Below, piece after piece: positions 1 to 32,817 of a DNA stretch of 64,000 nucleotides (the stretch's first letter is position 1; each line of letters starts with the position of its first letter). The stretch is from Klebsormidium nitens (Eukaryota; Plantae; Klebsormidiophyceae): positions 1-64,000 of the forward strand of contig DF236994.1 of the NCBI GenBank assembly GCA_000708835.1. Reading direction: 5' to 3'. The position numbers and the translations under genes are program-made. The notes under the pieces were generated by a model. The model saw nothing but the letters and a program-made list of their open reading frames with translations, made no database searches and was not told the origin of the DNA.

Positions 1-721
1 ATGTTCGATCACCCCCCAGTCACAGACTTCACTAAAAGCGGCCCCTGCCTATTTCCCCCAGTCGTTCGCAATATTCACTTGAAAATTGCAATTGATGCAA
101 ATCGTATTTTCTCTTTGTTTAGGACAAGAATCGAAGAAAAAGCTTATGCGGTACTTCTGAACCGGCTGCCGGTTCTGAAGCAATCTGAGCATATCGCCCG
201 AGTGACGGGTCAAAACAAGGGCTTGAGTAAACGTGATTTGTAACCTATAAACGGCTGACGTTCGAACGGCATCAGGCAGCGGCAACAAGACGCTTTCGAC
301 GCCAATTTATCAACAGCAGGTTTTTCCGGGGGAAATCAGGCTGCGATGGAGCTCAAAAAGCACGGTCCACATGGTGGATCAGGATCCAGAGCTCTCCACA
401 AGTTCAACACAGGCGCTGGGGCAAGTAAGATTGAGGCGCTGGGCCTCGATCCTGCTAGATTGGATATTCCGCTTCCATATCAATAATGTCTATGCTAGCT
501 TCTACGATTGAAACTTAGGGATACTAGCGGCGATCGCGCCAAATTGCATCTCCCTGTGGGAGCAGTCTAATCAGCTCAAAGCTGCTGAGGCTCTCCTGAC
601 CAATTGCCGCTGGAATCGGTCGTACGTTATCTTGCTGGTGGTGTATAGATGCTAGCTTCTTGCTAGATGCCAGCAGTGCGCAAGCATTCACAACACCATT
701 GCTGGCAAGAAGCCAGACAAG

Positions 722-1296
722 ATGGCGGCGGAGCGCCCTTCTCTCAAATACTCCCGCCTACCAAAAGACGATGAGAGTGACGCGCAGAGAACGAGCGTCA
801 GACAGCGCTTCCCAGAGCCTGAAGAGAGCAACGTCCCCGACCTTCGCTTCACATACACCCTCCCCGAGACAGTGCCCTGGAAGTCAATCTTCCTGGCGTT
901 GTTTCTTCTGACCTTCGGGACGCTGACGCTTCTTCTGGCTTACCTCATTGGGACGGGGCATATGGGGGGGGATAGGGAGCAGGTCATCGGCTTCACAATT
1001 CTGGGCATCCTCCTGTTTCTACCTGGTAAGCAATCTTTGCAGCTCGTTTCTTGTCAGCAGAATCCTGCGGCTAATTTGTGTCATTGGAGACCATCGCATC
1101 GTTTGTAAGGGAAGCTTAGTAATCTCTCTAGCTCAGATTGTTGCAAGTCGAGCTTGTTGAGCTTTCAATCCGATGGTTGGCTAAAGTTGGCACCGTGTGT
1201 TGCTCGCATTTTGCAGGGTTCTATGAGACAAGGATCGCTTACTACGCCTGGCGAGGAGCTAAAGGCTACAAGTTCTCGAGTATACCTGTATATTAG
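722..1296 (+). CDS. TMEM230: TMEM230-like small membrane protein, 2 exons (722-1025, 1217-1296)
   Basis: Spliced translation ...ETVPWKSIFLALFLLTFGTLTLLLAYLIGTGHMGGDREQVIGFTILGILLFLPG|FYETRIAYYAWRGAKGYKFSSIPVY*. Two TM segments and the PWKSI...LPGFY..RIAYYAWRG..GY.F..IP signature; phase-consistent GT-AG intron. Confidence 0.85.
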
Positions 1297-2162
1297 ATGT
1301 GATCTTTAGTACTTCGTTTTCTTATTACATGACAGAGATCAGGAAATGTTGAATCAAGGTTGTTTTGTAGACTCAGTTTGCCGACCTGCCAGGGTGCGGT
1401 CTCAGGTATGGGTGTTCAGAGGTCGTTTTGGTGTGGCAGAGCTTTTGGCAGCCCAGCTTGACAGCATTGTCCAGGTGGTTGCCTGCGCTCGAACAAGTAT
1501 CTTGCGAGGCAAAACTAACCAGATTCTGAAGAGTCTTGCCGCAAGCAGTGTTCCGAACATGAAGTTCACATGATGTTCTGAGCTTAAAGGCTTGACGACT
1601 CGGAGACGCTGACTGCAAAATACTCCCTCCAATCTAGCTTGACCGTCGGTACCCACAGTCATGAATCACGGGAACTACAAGTTGCTAGCTGTTCAGACAG
1701 CTGGAGTCTGATAAATGACAGTACCATCTTGCGTATAGATCCAATTCTCGAAGCTAGAAGCTATAGCATGATTGTATATGTATTATTGCCATTTGAAAGC
1801 CGGTATGGGGCATGAATGCGAATTGTGAGTCAGTCGAATATTGCATCAAACTTGATTTGCAACATCATGCAAACCTGTCATAAGCTTAGTAGGGCCATTG
1901 TACGTACACCATGCAAATGCCACGGGTTCACTGGCCCGCTAGCTAGCTGCATGCACTGCACGAATTGACATACATAGGGCCGCACTAGCTTAGTTCGTTC
2001 TATTTTATATGAATATTATTCCGAAGCATATTGCACTTGCATGTGCGGTGAGCTGAGTCGGGCGTTATCAACTCCACCACGTTTTCCTGAACAAGCTCTT
2101 AAAGCATGATCGGGCAAGGAAGCCTTGGCTCCAATTCAATCATTGCCAACAACATCATGCCA

Positions 2163-21033
<18,871 letters not shown>

Positions 21034-23307
21034 GCTTCTGCAGCAGAGCCTGTGGAAACATACATCCAGAACTTAGTTGCAACACGAGGGAAGTACAAGC
21101 AAACTGTGCACTTGGCTGCAGAACCTCATACTGAGGCTTCAGTTGTAGAAACTGTTGCCAATAGCATCATCATGCATTGCATGTTCCAGCTAAAAACGTC
21201 ATGTCTAATAGAAGTGGTAAGATTCTGCGCCCTCGTTTCTGCAGCATGGCATGAGCGCTCCCCGAAACGGTTCATGATCAAAAGGTGTACCAAATCAATG
21301 AAGACAAGATTATTTAGACTGATAGATCTTAAAGTCAAAAGGTCAGCATGTGAACTCTTGCCTAGAATAAGGCTTATGCATATGGTCAACAAAAGCTCGC
21401 ACCCCAGAGCTGAAACCCATAAGCACTCTGAAGACCCATTCGAAAAAGAATCTTCCACTAGGTTACAATGCTGTGGCTGACCTGTCAGGCAAGAGCAAGT
21501 GCTCTTGCAAGTGCTCATGCAAATCGGGACAACCAGGAACTTAACTTTCCTAGATAAAGTCTGCAGGATGCAAGCTTGGAGGACCTCGATGACCAAACAT
21601 AAGAACAGTGCTAAATGATGCAAAAATGAGAAATTCAGAACGTGCTGTGTAACCACTGAACTCAAAACCCCAGCTTTGCTGTTTGGCGTAGGCGGATCTT
21701 GACTAGATTCATTGTCCACATGATATGATCGCAAAAACTGCCTGGAACTTGACAACTTTCACTGAAGCTTTGTGCAGAAGACGTGTAGGGTTTCCGCATT
21801 TTGAATCGTGCATCAACAAGAGAGAAATTATCCTTGAGAATCTGCTAAGGAAATTCAACTGAGCAGCCTGAAGGCATTTGAATACAGGGAGGGACAAGAA
21901 TTCTAATGAGAAAACTGAACAAAAACCCTTCACAAAATCACAGAAGCGATCACTCCGCGCACGCTGCCATTGGAAACGTTTCCCCTCGGACTGTCTATGA
22001 TGCTTCAGCAAGGAAAAATCGGAACAATGGTCTTTGGTCCACCAAGAAAGAACTGGGCTTGCAACGTTCACAAACAATGTATTATTGCCTCAGCATGATT
22101 TTTTAACCGTGCATCCTACCTTCCTATAAAGTCCTCAATCCGCCCTCGATGCTCTCCTTTCAACTTTCAAAGCAGTGGTAACAAAGCCCCCTTTCACCAC
22201 GAGACACCCGCAGAAACCCTTATGCCCCAGCTCCTCCTCCCGTGTGAGCTCTTCAAGACCCGTTGCGATCCGCCATTTTCCAAGTCCCGTCAAGAATTGC
22301 AAGGAGAATCTCCGCCACGTCAGCATGCTGTCTCACCAGCTTGAAACACACAGTGGTTTGCGGACGCTGGTCTGCGGACGGGCATTTGATTTGTGTATCG
22401 TCCGACTGTCCGGGCGACAAACGCATTCTTACGCATGTCCGCAAAAAAGGTTTCGACCTAGTTGCCATTAGAATCGCCCGGGCCGAGTCATTGATCGTCC
22501 CGCAAATTTCGTCACCGGGGGCCCCGGTAAACTGCGTGACCACCGGGGATTCGGCTTACTCCGTTTAAGTCGATGAACAATTCCGTAAATCTCGCAACGG
22601 GTCTCGGTTTACCAGAACACTCTACACGTGCTCGAAAGGTTGCCACAGGGTTATTCTTTAACCACCCACTCCACATGCAATGACGAGCCCGGGGGAAGGT
22701 CCTTCGTCGCGTGTCACGTGGGGATGCCGTGTCCCGGGGTGACCCATGCAGCGTGCCAGGAGGTTTCGAAATGGCTGTTCGAGAGTGTTGACAAGATCGG
22801 AACGGAGCAGTTGAAACGTTGAGAAGGGGAGCGCCACACCGGGAAGCACTTGTGGGACGCTACGCCACCTTTGACCTTACGCAGATATGCTGCAGTGGTG
22901 CCAGCTGCGGACAAGAATAGGTCAGGTACAGGAAGATTGTACCGCTGCACGAAGCGCACCACCGCGCTCCGGGGCACTTTCCTTGTGAAGGGTTGTCGTG
23001 TGGGAGCCCTGTATAACCTTGGCTTAGAAGCTGGCCGCTAGCTTTGTTATGGTCCTGCTGTGCCATACAATCCGCCACCGCGTCTTTAACGACAAGGTCT
23101 TGGCGCACTGCTGATTTGTATCACGGCAGGAAACCTGCAACAGGGAGCGCCGAAAAGGGTTTCCCCACGTCGTAGCCAGTTTGCTTGGACTTTGAGAGCA
23201 GGACAGCTATTTCTACGGTTAGTTGGCGCTTATGCCTCGTTGCTAAGGTTGCTGCGCTTGTTAGCCTGGGGCGCCAGGTTGGCGGCTCCTGTCCCTCTGA
23301 GCGCCTG

Positions 23308-26300
23308 ATGAAGACAGCGGCGCCGCGGCGCAAGTCACCGTCGTCCCCTGGGGAGGGCCAGTTCGATGACTATGAGGAGCGCTTTGTTTCGCTTGAGCGG
23401 CACCAGCGAGTGGTTCACTACTACCTGAGGAGGAATGGCAAGGAGACGCTGGCGGTGGTCGGCACGGAGAAGTCCCCGAGGCATCTGAACTATGTTGTTC
23501 AAGCAGGCAAGTGCGCCTTGGCTCTTTTGCCGCGCATGGTGGCGGAGACTCTGGAAAGTTTTGCAGTCCACATGTACCTGTCAGCAATTGGTCGGTAGAT
23601 TGACAAGTGAGCTGAACAGAAGCGGAGGTCTCTAGCCTGGCTTCACACGTATCTTGGCTCCTGTGTAAAGGTAACAAGGGCAGTAAAGCCACTCTTTATG
23701 TTCAGGCTAGTGCAGTGCTGCTAGACGTGTGTGTCTAGGGAAGCCTGTTCTGTCAAGCTGGCACTTTGCTTGAGCAGCGACGTCCAGCAGCTAGCTTTCC
23801 AAACCTGGTGGTCACATCCTGGTTGTGCTGGCAAAGCCGACCTTGCACCGGTTGTGCATGTATCCATTCAGCTTTGAGCGGAGTTGGGGTGTTGATGTGA
23901 CAGGGCGTCATATCCAAAGGGGACGGGATGTGACCGGTTCATAAAAGCAGAGTCCTTGCACTTCGCCGCTTGACGGCGGTTCCTGTCAGATCGAGTGATA
24001 ATTGGTTGTTTGCGACAGTGTCCCTCATCGACAGATAGCAGCTACTGCTGAGAAGATTGCAATTTTGGTGGAGCAAAGCGCTACATCTTATGGCGGCTGG
24101 CAGAAAGAGATGGATTGTCGTTCCTCCTCAGATGTGGTCCTCATCAAGCTGCCGCTTGATCTTGATCTGCTGGGGGTTAGTGCGGCGGCACGGAGGTCCG
24201 CATCGGGACTGCCTCCTAAATTGTTTACTGCTGACTCTTGCAGCTTTCCTGGAGGCTGTGGGGCTGAGCCCCTCCGGGGAGCTTATAAAGTGGCGGACGC
24301 GGCGAGAGGTGCTTGAGTGGCTTGACACTTTTGTGAAGGAGCCAAAAGGAGGTGAGATCTCAAACCTGCCTGCTGGCACGGCTTGCATTTTGTCAGTGTG
24401 GGGTCAGCACTTTTACGCACTCATTGTCTAGGTTAGTAACATCCTGTAAACCTGAAACCCGAAGGTACGCAAGCTCCGCTCTGCGAGCACTGGAGAAGGG
24501 TGCTCGCCGCACATGACATAGTGCAAAACCTCATTCTGAGCTGCGCTTCTCTTGGTGGACCCTCATGTCTGAGTGTATGCGTATGTCCATAGTCGTCTCG
24601 CTTTATCAAAGCGGTGGCGCTCGGAGTACAGCTTGCGGCTTTGCAAGCCCATACTTTGGCATAGCTGGAGTGTGGTTGAGAGAGAAGGTTGAAAGTAGGA
24701 AAGTGGACACTTTAAGCTTAGAAGCTGAGGAGGTTCAACCTGGGTTGTGCTGGGTCGTCAACAGCTCTATGCTGGCCAAAGCACTAATTTCTGCTCCAGA
24801 GTATGGCCTAGGCGCAAGGCCATACTCTGGTATGTTCATATGTTCATAGAGATTGCTGCCTGGACATTCGAGGGCACGCATAGCCCGTTCAAAAGTGGAG
24901 CGCACATACACTGCTCAGATGTCAAAGGTTTACAGTTCTGCAGCCTGTCATACACTTCCTCTATAAGTACTCTAACTTAAGCATCATACCAAAAGGGATT
25001 GTTCTAGTCGTTTTTGTCTTTCTTATGGTCTACTCGTTGCTTCGGTGCAGGTCATGGACAGCCCCCTTCCTTCGAAGAGCGCGCCACCGGAAAGTTCAAG
25101 AAGCAGAAGAAGGTGTGTAGCGACCCTGCCCTTGCGCTCCCTGTCGTAATCGTAAAGGTCTCTTTCAGTTGTTCTTGAACACCCATCTTATAGCAGTATG
25201 TGCAGGATTTTGGCCGTGGTAAAAGCGCTAACAGGCTATGCATGACTCTCAATTGCTCGAATTTCGCCTACCAAGTGATGCGTTCTTTACATCCGCACTT
25301 TACCAGAAGGAAAGCCACATTCACACCGCTTCCAACTTCGTCTCTGCAGCTGTCCTCAGCTGTGGTGGGAAAGCTTCCCCGCCGGCCAGCGGAGTCCTGG
25401 TTGGGGGACGATGGTCGGACGCACTTCAGCTCCGTCAACCAGAAGGGTACCACTATTGCTGCGCATGACTTTGTGCGAATCGCTGGTGTGACTGGTTCTG
25501 AAAAGGTTGCGTACGTAGAGGATCTTGCGCAAGCGGAGGGCGAGGAGGTGGTCCTCGAAGTGAGGTGGCTGCAGCCCGCAGGTTAGTTCCACGTTTCACA
25601 GAGTTACAGTACTCTCTTCTTCGAGGGGCAGAGAGCAATCATGTTGTAGAAGCGACAGCTATCTGCAATGGAAAAAGGGTGGATCAGTAGGCGGAGGCCC
25701 ACTGATTGTCAGCACGGTCCCCCTATTTTGCCACCTTTGTAGAGTGAGAACTATGGGGATTGAAGTAAAAGGTAGATCAGAAAGAGGCGGCGGCGCAATT
25801 GTCAGCATACGCCCCTACTTCGCCACCTTGGGTGTTCTAGAGGGCACTGACCATCTCTTGAGCTTCTTTGTGTTTGAAAACAGCTGTTCCAAAGCAACGC
25901 GCACAACCTGCTCATTGCAGCGCTTCTTGAGAAATGGCGTTTTTCTTTGAACTCCCAACGAACAGACCTCTGAATGCAAACCGAAATTTTGCATCATACT
26001 ATCTCACACGGAACTCTGCGATTAGTACGATGTACTAGGGAAAGGACTACAAGGAACACCTCAGGAAAGTCTCACACAAGCCCCTTTGTTCTCTTGCAGA
26101 TTCCTTGCATGCCAAGCGCCTCCTGCTGACTGACTCCACCGACGAGGTTCCTATTGCTGACGTGGCGGGGCCCGCTGCCGTGCTGACAGAGGCGCACTGG
26201 GACCGCTTCAGCCCCTCCCTCCCAGAGGCTCAGCTGAAGCACGTCTACTTCTCCTCAGGGGGGCCGACAGGCCCTAGCATACAAGGTAAGAACCTGCTCG

Positions 26301-29200
26301 GCGTGCGGTCTTTGCTTGTGCACAAACCATTGAGAGGTGGTCGAAACCCATTGGGATCGGCGTGATTCACGCTGGATCTGATTGTTGAAGTTCACAGGGG
26401 TAACCTACAATGTTCTCTTATGAATCATTTGATCAGGTACTTTCAACAGACGTTCTGGGAAACGCGGCAAACTTGCTTAAGAGGGTAAAAGGCTCCTTTG
26501 GCGCTTCTTTGGCGCTTTTACCCCAAGCTTTGATTGAATTGGTGAATATTTGTACTAACAAACCTACTCCTTCCTTTTCCAGCCCTGAAAGGCTACTGGA
26601 CTCAGCGCCACGCCGCGCAGGTCCTTGGCGACGGCGTGCTCTCCTCCCTGAAGCCCCCTCGCAAGCGCCCCGCCGACCTCCCCCCCTCCTCCCCCCCCCA
26701 CGCTCTCTAGTGCCTCTCGCTTCTCTAGCGACCTCTCCTGGGGGGGGGTCCCCAAGAAGAAGCGCTTCTCCGGCAGCTACGCCGAGGACGACGTCGAGAG
26801 CACCCCCCCGATCCGGAAGAAGCGGCGGCGCGTCCCGGGGGATCCCCCCCGCCGGCTGGGGCGCCCGCCGAAGCTGCTGACGTCAGCGGGGGGTGCCGTG
26901 AGCCCGAAGCCGATCCACGGGGGGACGAAGCGCGTGCAGGGCAGCCCGACGACGCGGGGTTTCGGCGGGTTCGGGGGGTTCGCCGTCGGGGACGCGGTTG
27001 AGACGCTGAGCGAGGACTCGGGCCTGCGGGGGTGCTGGTTCCGGGGGAAGGTCGTGGCGGTCGCAGCTCCTCGGCGGCTCAAGATCCGGTAAGGAATGTG
27101 TGGTCTGTAATCTCTTTTGTCTGTTAATGCGTCATGCTGCAGCGCAGTGAAATGGGACGTGAGTCAGGTTGCGGAGCGTCCGAAGACGCTATTGTTTGGG
27201 CGAGCAGATTCTTGAGACATCTGAGCTTCTGTGATATGTAGGGGTCTTCCCGTTGCTTGTGCCGCTCCCTCATCAGGGGTGCATGCGCACACTGCTGAGC
27301 AAGGTGCAATAACAGGGTTTGCTGACGGAAGTAGGGTATTTTGCTTTCACCCTCGTCCAGCTTCGTCGTTCTTCGAAAAAGCCAATACCTTTTTTCAATG
27401 CTTTACCGAGCAGTCTTGCAGCCTGTACACGATGGTATCAAACGGGCATTACCTGGGCGATCAGGAATGTCACAAACCGTCCACCCTGGATTCAGCAACG
27501 TTTCTCAAATATACCGTTTTGGCCCGCTTCTGATGGCATGCAAATCTGTAATGGTTATGCAGACCCTAAAACTAAAGAGGCTTGGCCACTGCGCAGGTAC
27601 GACGAACTGGATGACGAGGAGGCCGGCGGCAAGCTCGAGGAGTGGGTCACTGTCTCGCGTTCGAGCGCCAAAGACTCTCTCAACCTGCGCGCCTCCGGCC
27701 GGAGCAAGGTCCGCCCCCGACCGCCCAAGCCGGCCCTTCCGGTCACTTTCTGCCCGGGGACTGCTGTCGAGGCCTGGTGGAACGACGGGTGGTGGGAAGG
27801 CGTGGTTTCCACCGAGCAGGTGAGAGGCGCTTGGCAACATGGATTTTACTCATTGGACTGTCGTCTTTGTTTCCAGAGCACAGTTGCAGTCGTGGTCTTC
27901 AAGTCTGGGTTGCACGAGAAGGCTGAGTAATTTCACATAGACTGAGCGATGTCTTTTCGCTTCTTTTGAGTCCGCTCCGGTCTTGTCGTGTGGCAAGGTG
28001 GATTTGCAGGTGCAAGCGAGATTTGCGAAGGTCAGCTTTTCGCACCTATACACGTGGTTGAAAGACCTGGGCGCTGAGGGTGTAAATAAAGAAGGAAGTC
28101 TGAGGTTTCGTTATTACGAGCGAGAACGAGACACTGATGCCTTGAAACACTTGCCCGACGCTCATTGGGGGTCAGGCTGATTGATCTTGCAGGAGGAGAA
28201 GTTCGAGGTCTTCTTCCCTGGAGAAGGCGACTCGGCGTGGTTCCATCCAACGGACCTCCGCCCCTCAAAAGAGTGGCTCGAGGGCGCCTGGAAAGAAGTC
28301 CCCGGGCTTAAGGACGTCGCCGGGCTGATGAACCGGGGGATCCCTGAGGCAATGTGTGTGGAAAACGACTCCGACGAGATGCCAAAAGCAGGAGCCAAAC
28401 TTGAGGACACCGGTGCGGAAGTGAAAGCTGAGGAGGGCCCGTGCGCGATGGAAGTGGATGACGGGCACTCCCCCGGCACTCCCGCGGTGTGCGAGCCCCA
28501 GAAGAGCGCGGCCGTGCTGGCGCTGAGCAGCTTCCCGCGGGAGAAGCCCTCGCTGCTGCGGACCGCGTCTGGCGGCGGCGGTGGCGTCCGGAAACTCGGC
28601 CCGTCGAACCTTGGGCGGAGCAGCGCCCCGCTGACGTCACCACCGGTTGGCGGGGGCTTGAAAGAAGCCGCTGGGAAGCATGAGCGGTTCGAGTGTTTGG
28701 AGAAGATCGAGGATGAGGATGAACCTGCGAACTGGGGGGGTTTTAAGGGCGGGCCAGAGGGACCCCCCGACAGAAGCGTGCTTCCCGCGGGGGGGGAGCA
28801 AAGCAAGGTTCGTACCCCCCGGTTTGACATTGTCCCAACGCCCGCCGGCAAGGAGCACGTCGTTTGGACAAGCCCGTCGCCTTCGCCGTCCTGCCACGGT
28901 TCTTTGCCCCCGCCCGCACAGAAATGGGAGTCGCCCGCCAACGCTCTCGAAAGCGAGCAGAAGGCGCCACCGGCAGAGCCCGAGGGAGGCGCAGCAGTCG
29001 CGCAGCAAGTCCCGGCGAGCCGGCTTGCCGAGATGGATCCGAACTCCGAGGTCAAAGAGGCAGCCTGCGAGCTCCCTAGGCCGGTGATAGCAGTCAAACG
29101 CGCGGAGATGCCCGCGCGCGCCTCCGCGGCGCAGCAGAGCTGCTCTGTGGATGCTGGGCCTCCTAAGCCAGGCCATCCGCAGCCAATTTTGTCAAGGTGA
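23308..29200 (+). CDS. BAH and Agenet (Tudor-like) domain chromatin protein; multi-exon, one apparent frameshift at ~26680-26700
   Basis: N-terminal EERFVSLERHQRVVHYYL..LAVVGTEKSPRHLNY and KWRTRREVLEWL motifs of plant Agenet/BAH proteins. BAH-like exons ~25350-25582 and ~26100-26286. Agenet repeats FAVGDAVETLSEDSGLRGCWFRGKVV (~26980-27088) and GTAVEAWWNDGWWEGVV (~27760-27818). Start codon and last exon less certain. Confidence 0.8.
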
Positions 29201-30585
29201 TAATTCCAGATTTTGACCGGTGCAGCATAGGCAGTCTGAAGGACCTATTGTAATATGGCCGTGTTCGTCAGGCTCAAGAAATGAGCTGAGGTTTGTAGCC
29301 GGGCAGATTTTGGAAGCCCAGCCTTTGGCCCAAGCCTCGGATGTTGGAAGCCTGTGCGGCTGACGGTAGCGTTATGACGTTCAGGTAAAGATATTGGATG
29401 CAGGTTTTGCGTAGGCTGTAAACGATTAAGGTGCAGGAGTGGCAGCTGCAGACTTGCCGCACATGCTGGCAGAAGACACTTTATATGACACTATGGGGAC
29501 ACCACGACATGGTCCCGGGCTCGGGCAAAACCCATGTGCCTTGATCCGTGTTACTGCTACCATGATGCAAATGAGCGGTGTCGAATGCATGAAATTACCG
29601 TACCAACCCAGCTCCGAGGAGCCTTTCATGCAACGAGATATATACATACGGATTTTGTATATTAAACAAGAGATCTCGGCCATCTGCATGAGGTACACAC
29701 GTGCACATGCATGTGAAGTTGTTAAGCTTTGAGTCCGGCCGTTAGTATATATGACAAGATTATACGAAATGGTCTTGCATGCCACGTCATCCGATCATTG
29801 TCGAAGCTTAGTATATATCCTCATGCAGCATTCAAAGCTTCCCCGGCAAGGTGACTGGGCTTACGCGCGCAAGCTGTCGCGACCAATCGGGTCACTGAGT
29901 CGGCCGCCAATCACTTGCATCTAGCTGAACAACTATCAGGGCCCGCGCGGCAAAGTGTGCACTGCCGGCCCGCGGGAATTCGTCCATCACCTAGGATGTG
30001 CAGCAATTTGTACAGCTGAGCGCTCATCATGGTTAGTTGCAACCGTACCATACGCCTACCGTAAGCAAAAGCAGTAGGGCTGATAATCAAGGCCAGCCAC
30101 GTAACTAACTATGGATGCAAGTACCTAGGATGAGGCCGGGCCCCGTCACATATTGTATGGAGACAATTCTGCGGCGATCTACCATGCAGGGCCTCGACGA
30201 GACGATCCTGACAAACATGCAATTGTCAAAAGCGACCATCAATCAAATATCGGGGCTACTACAAGGGTACTGTCCTATGGTACACTGGCAAGAGAAACGC
30301 CGGTCAAAGCGACTCCACAGCAGGTTCTTCGTCATCAGCTGCTGGCTCTTTCTCATCGCCCAGATCCTCTTTTACTTCAGGATCGTTCCCAGTGGCCGTT
30401 TTCACTGCAAGAGTCGTCCATGCACGGAGGTGATTGACAAACAGAGCGCCATTACTGCATCACTGACAAGGTCGATGCTGAACCGAACTTCGGCACGAGG
30501 TGCTTCAGGCACACAAACAGCAAAACTTCAATTTCAAAAGTTGACGTCATGAGCAGTGTGAACATTGTTCTTCTTTCATAGATTT

Positions 30586-31951
30586 TCACATGGCTGATTG
30601 GACACACAAGGTGACGAAGAGACGTCCCTCACCTTCTGTCAATGACGACCTTCTGTGATTCTTAGGGTGCGGTGTTGGCTGCATGGAACGAGAAATGAAT
30701 ATCTTAAGCAAGTTGAAAAAGGCAGGTTACGTTAGTACTCACATGCTTGCCGACCAGCCTAAGGTGAAACTGTCATTGAGCTCCCACAAATGCTGTGAAC
30801 AACGGAAGGATGCTCGGTAAGATCTACTATGCATGATGCGCAAACACTGTGGAAAAGGCCAATTGATCAGCGCAACCCTTGTCGACCGGGCCTCTTCACT
30901 CACTGCTTCCTGCCAACTGTTCCGTTCAGTGTGCTCAGCTGGCAGGTCTGAAGAGCTCAGGCTTGGCAATCAAACCACGGTGTTCAAAAGTTGCATATTT
31001 TATCCAGAGCCTGCGCAGCAGTGCCGCTGGTCATGTTGCAACTTGTCCTACAGCTCAGAAAGGGCTGATGTTTGGATGTGCTCACCTCCAGTTTGGGCCT
31101 GAGTGCCTCAATGCGATTCTTTGGTGTGCCCTTCTTCAAAGCGTCCAGAGGTGACTTGGGTTTTGGCACTTGAGGGGCCTCCTGAATGGGAGAAGGCACC
31201 GACGTCATCATGACCGCTGATTGCTCAAAAGACAGAGACCTCGATTTGTACGTGAACAGAGAAGCATCAGGCAAGGCCTACGCTAGTACTGTTGATAATG
31301 TTTGACAAAACCTCAAGACATGACGGCTCGAAGGCTTACCCCTTCTTTCGCGAGGGCCCAGTCCGCAGAATCAAAGTACGTCCTTTCGCCCTCCTGTAAC
31401 ACAGCAACGGAACAGAGTCGGACGCTTCAACATTTGCAAAGCTGAGCGTTGCAAACCTTGTCTCATCCTGCCTCTCCCAAGTACATGAGATCTCCGTTTC
31501 GGATGGAAGGGGAGCGCAGTGTCAAGGAATATAGAGCGATACATAATCCGTCTGCTCCAGGCAGACCGGATCGCGCCAACACCTTGTTCACCTTGTTCAC
31601 CCCAACAAGCGGCCAGCAAGATTCCTTGCTAGCAATGTTCAAGTGCAAAAGTTCTTCATGAGTCGCGCTCTCATGTTCCCTCCATGGCGTCACAGGACTG
31701 ACCTTTGAGATTAGTGGTGGCTTTTTAGGCAGGCGGCCACCGTATTTGCTGGCAAGCTTGGCTTCCTGCAAGGTAAGACAGCCAGAATTGGCACAATAGG
31801 AATCAACAAATCGGAATCGAAGCAACCTTGCCCGAAACATCAAATCATCGTAGCATAGAAAGGAACAAAGAAACTGGTTTCATTGCACGACTACTCATCT
31901 TACCTGTGCTTGTACATCTGGAGCAGCCTGCCCGTCCTCACTCCCTGCCAT
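30586..31951 (-). CDS. ENSA: Endosulfine/ARPP-19 family protein (PP2A-B55 inhibitor), 5 short exons
   Basis: Spliced: MAGSEDGQAAPDVQAQ|EAKLASKYGGRLPKKPPLISK|EGERTYFDSADWALAKEG|...ALRPKLE|PTPHPKNHRRSS...; the FDSADW Greatwall phospho-site motif is diagnostic. The 3' end may involve another intron. Confidence 0.85.
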
Positions 31952-32817
31952 TCCAACTTGGTACCAAAAAGAGTTTGTGTCCCTGCCCCTAGCTGTACAA
32001 CGCTCTGTTTACAAATCAACTGTAAGTCCTAGTATACACAAGTACGCAAACTCAATGCACTTTCTGCTCAGTATGTACACAGCAGGCCTTACAGTGTTTA
32101 CCCAGCAACTACTTGCCTGCTCCGTTCCAAATTGACCAATGTGGACAGCGAGGTTCAAAGCACTCAAACTCCAAAAGACACCTCTGTGGGCGACCGGACT
32201 GCCTTTGAAAAGAGCTACATACACCTTGTAAGTTGTGACGTCTTGTGGATCCTCTTTGTCAATGCGCCTCCATTGAATTGCTTCACGCCAGCAGAGAGAA
32301 GACAAAATCTCATTGTCAGTAAATCATTAATAATAAATGTCCAGAATGAACGGCCTCTTGCAATTGTCTGTTCAAAGAAAGTCTTTCGTCCGCCAGCCAA
32401 TCAGGAACTCCGGATGACGGTCATCGCAGAGAAGAACCTTGGCCCGACCGTGACAGACCTGAAGACAAGGAAGACTTTGACACTACAGAGGCCACATGCC
32501 TGAGTCCAATCTTGGGAGCCAGCGCCTGTGTAAAAGTGTCTAGGATTCAACCGTCAATGATGCGCCCGGTGAGTTGGGCACTGTATGCACAGTTAAGAGC
32601 AAACCACCCTCGTCAACCGTCTTCAAGAAAGGGTTTTGTAGAGCGAGAGACAGAGCAGTTTAGTACTGTATTGTTTAGGTGGAAGGGGAGGTCAGCGAGG
32701 CGCCTGCGTTCTGTGGGTCTTGTTGTGCAGCAATTGGAGCAGCACATCCAATTGATGCAGTTCTTGTAGCGCTCGCCAAGGAACATCTCCTCCCTGCGGC
32801 CCCCCCCGGCTGCTGCC

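Noticed and set aside
1-400. Short ORFs at the window start
   Set aside because: No recognisable motifs or codon bias; possibly the promoter or UTR of a neighbouring gene.
29300-30100. CATG/GCATGC-rich intergenic sequence (also ~1800-2050, ~37600-38000, ~57500-57900) as a MITE or RY-box cluster
   Set aside because: No shared extended sequence, terminal inverted repeats or TSDs could be established by eye.
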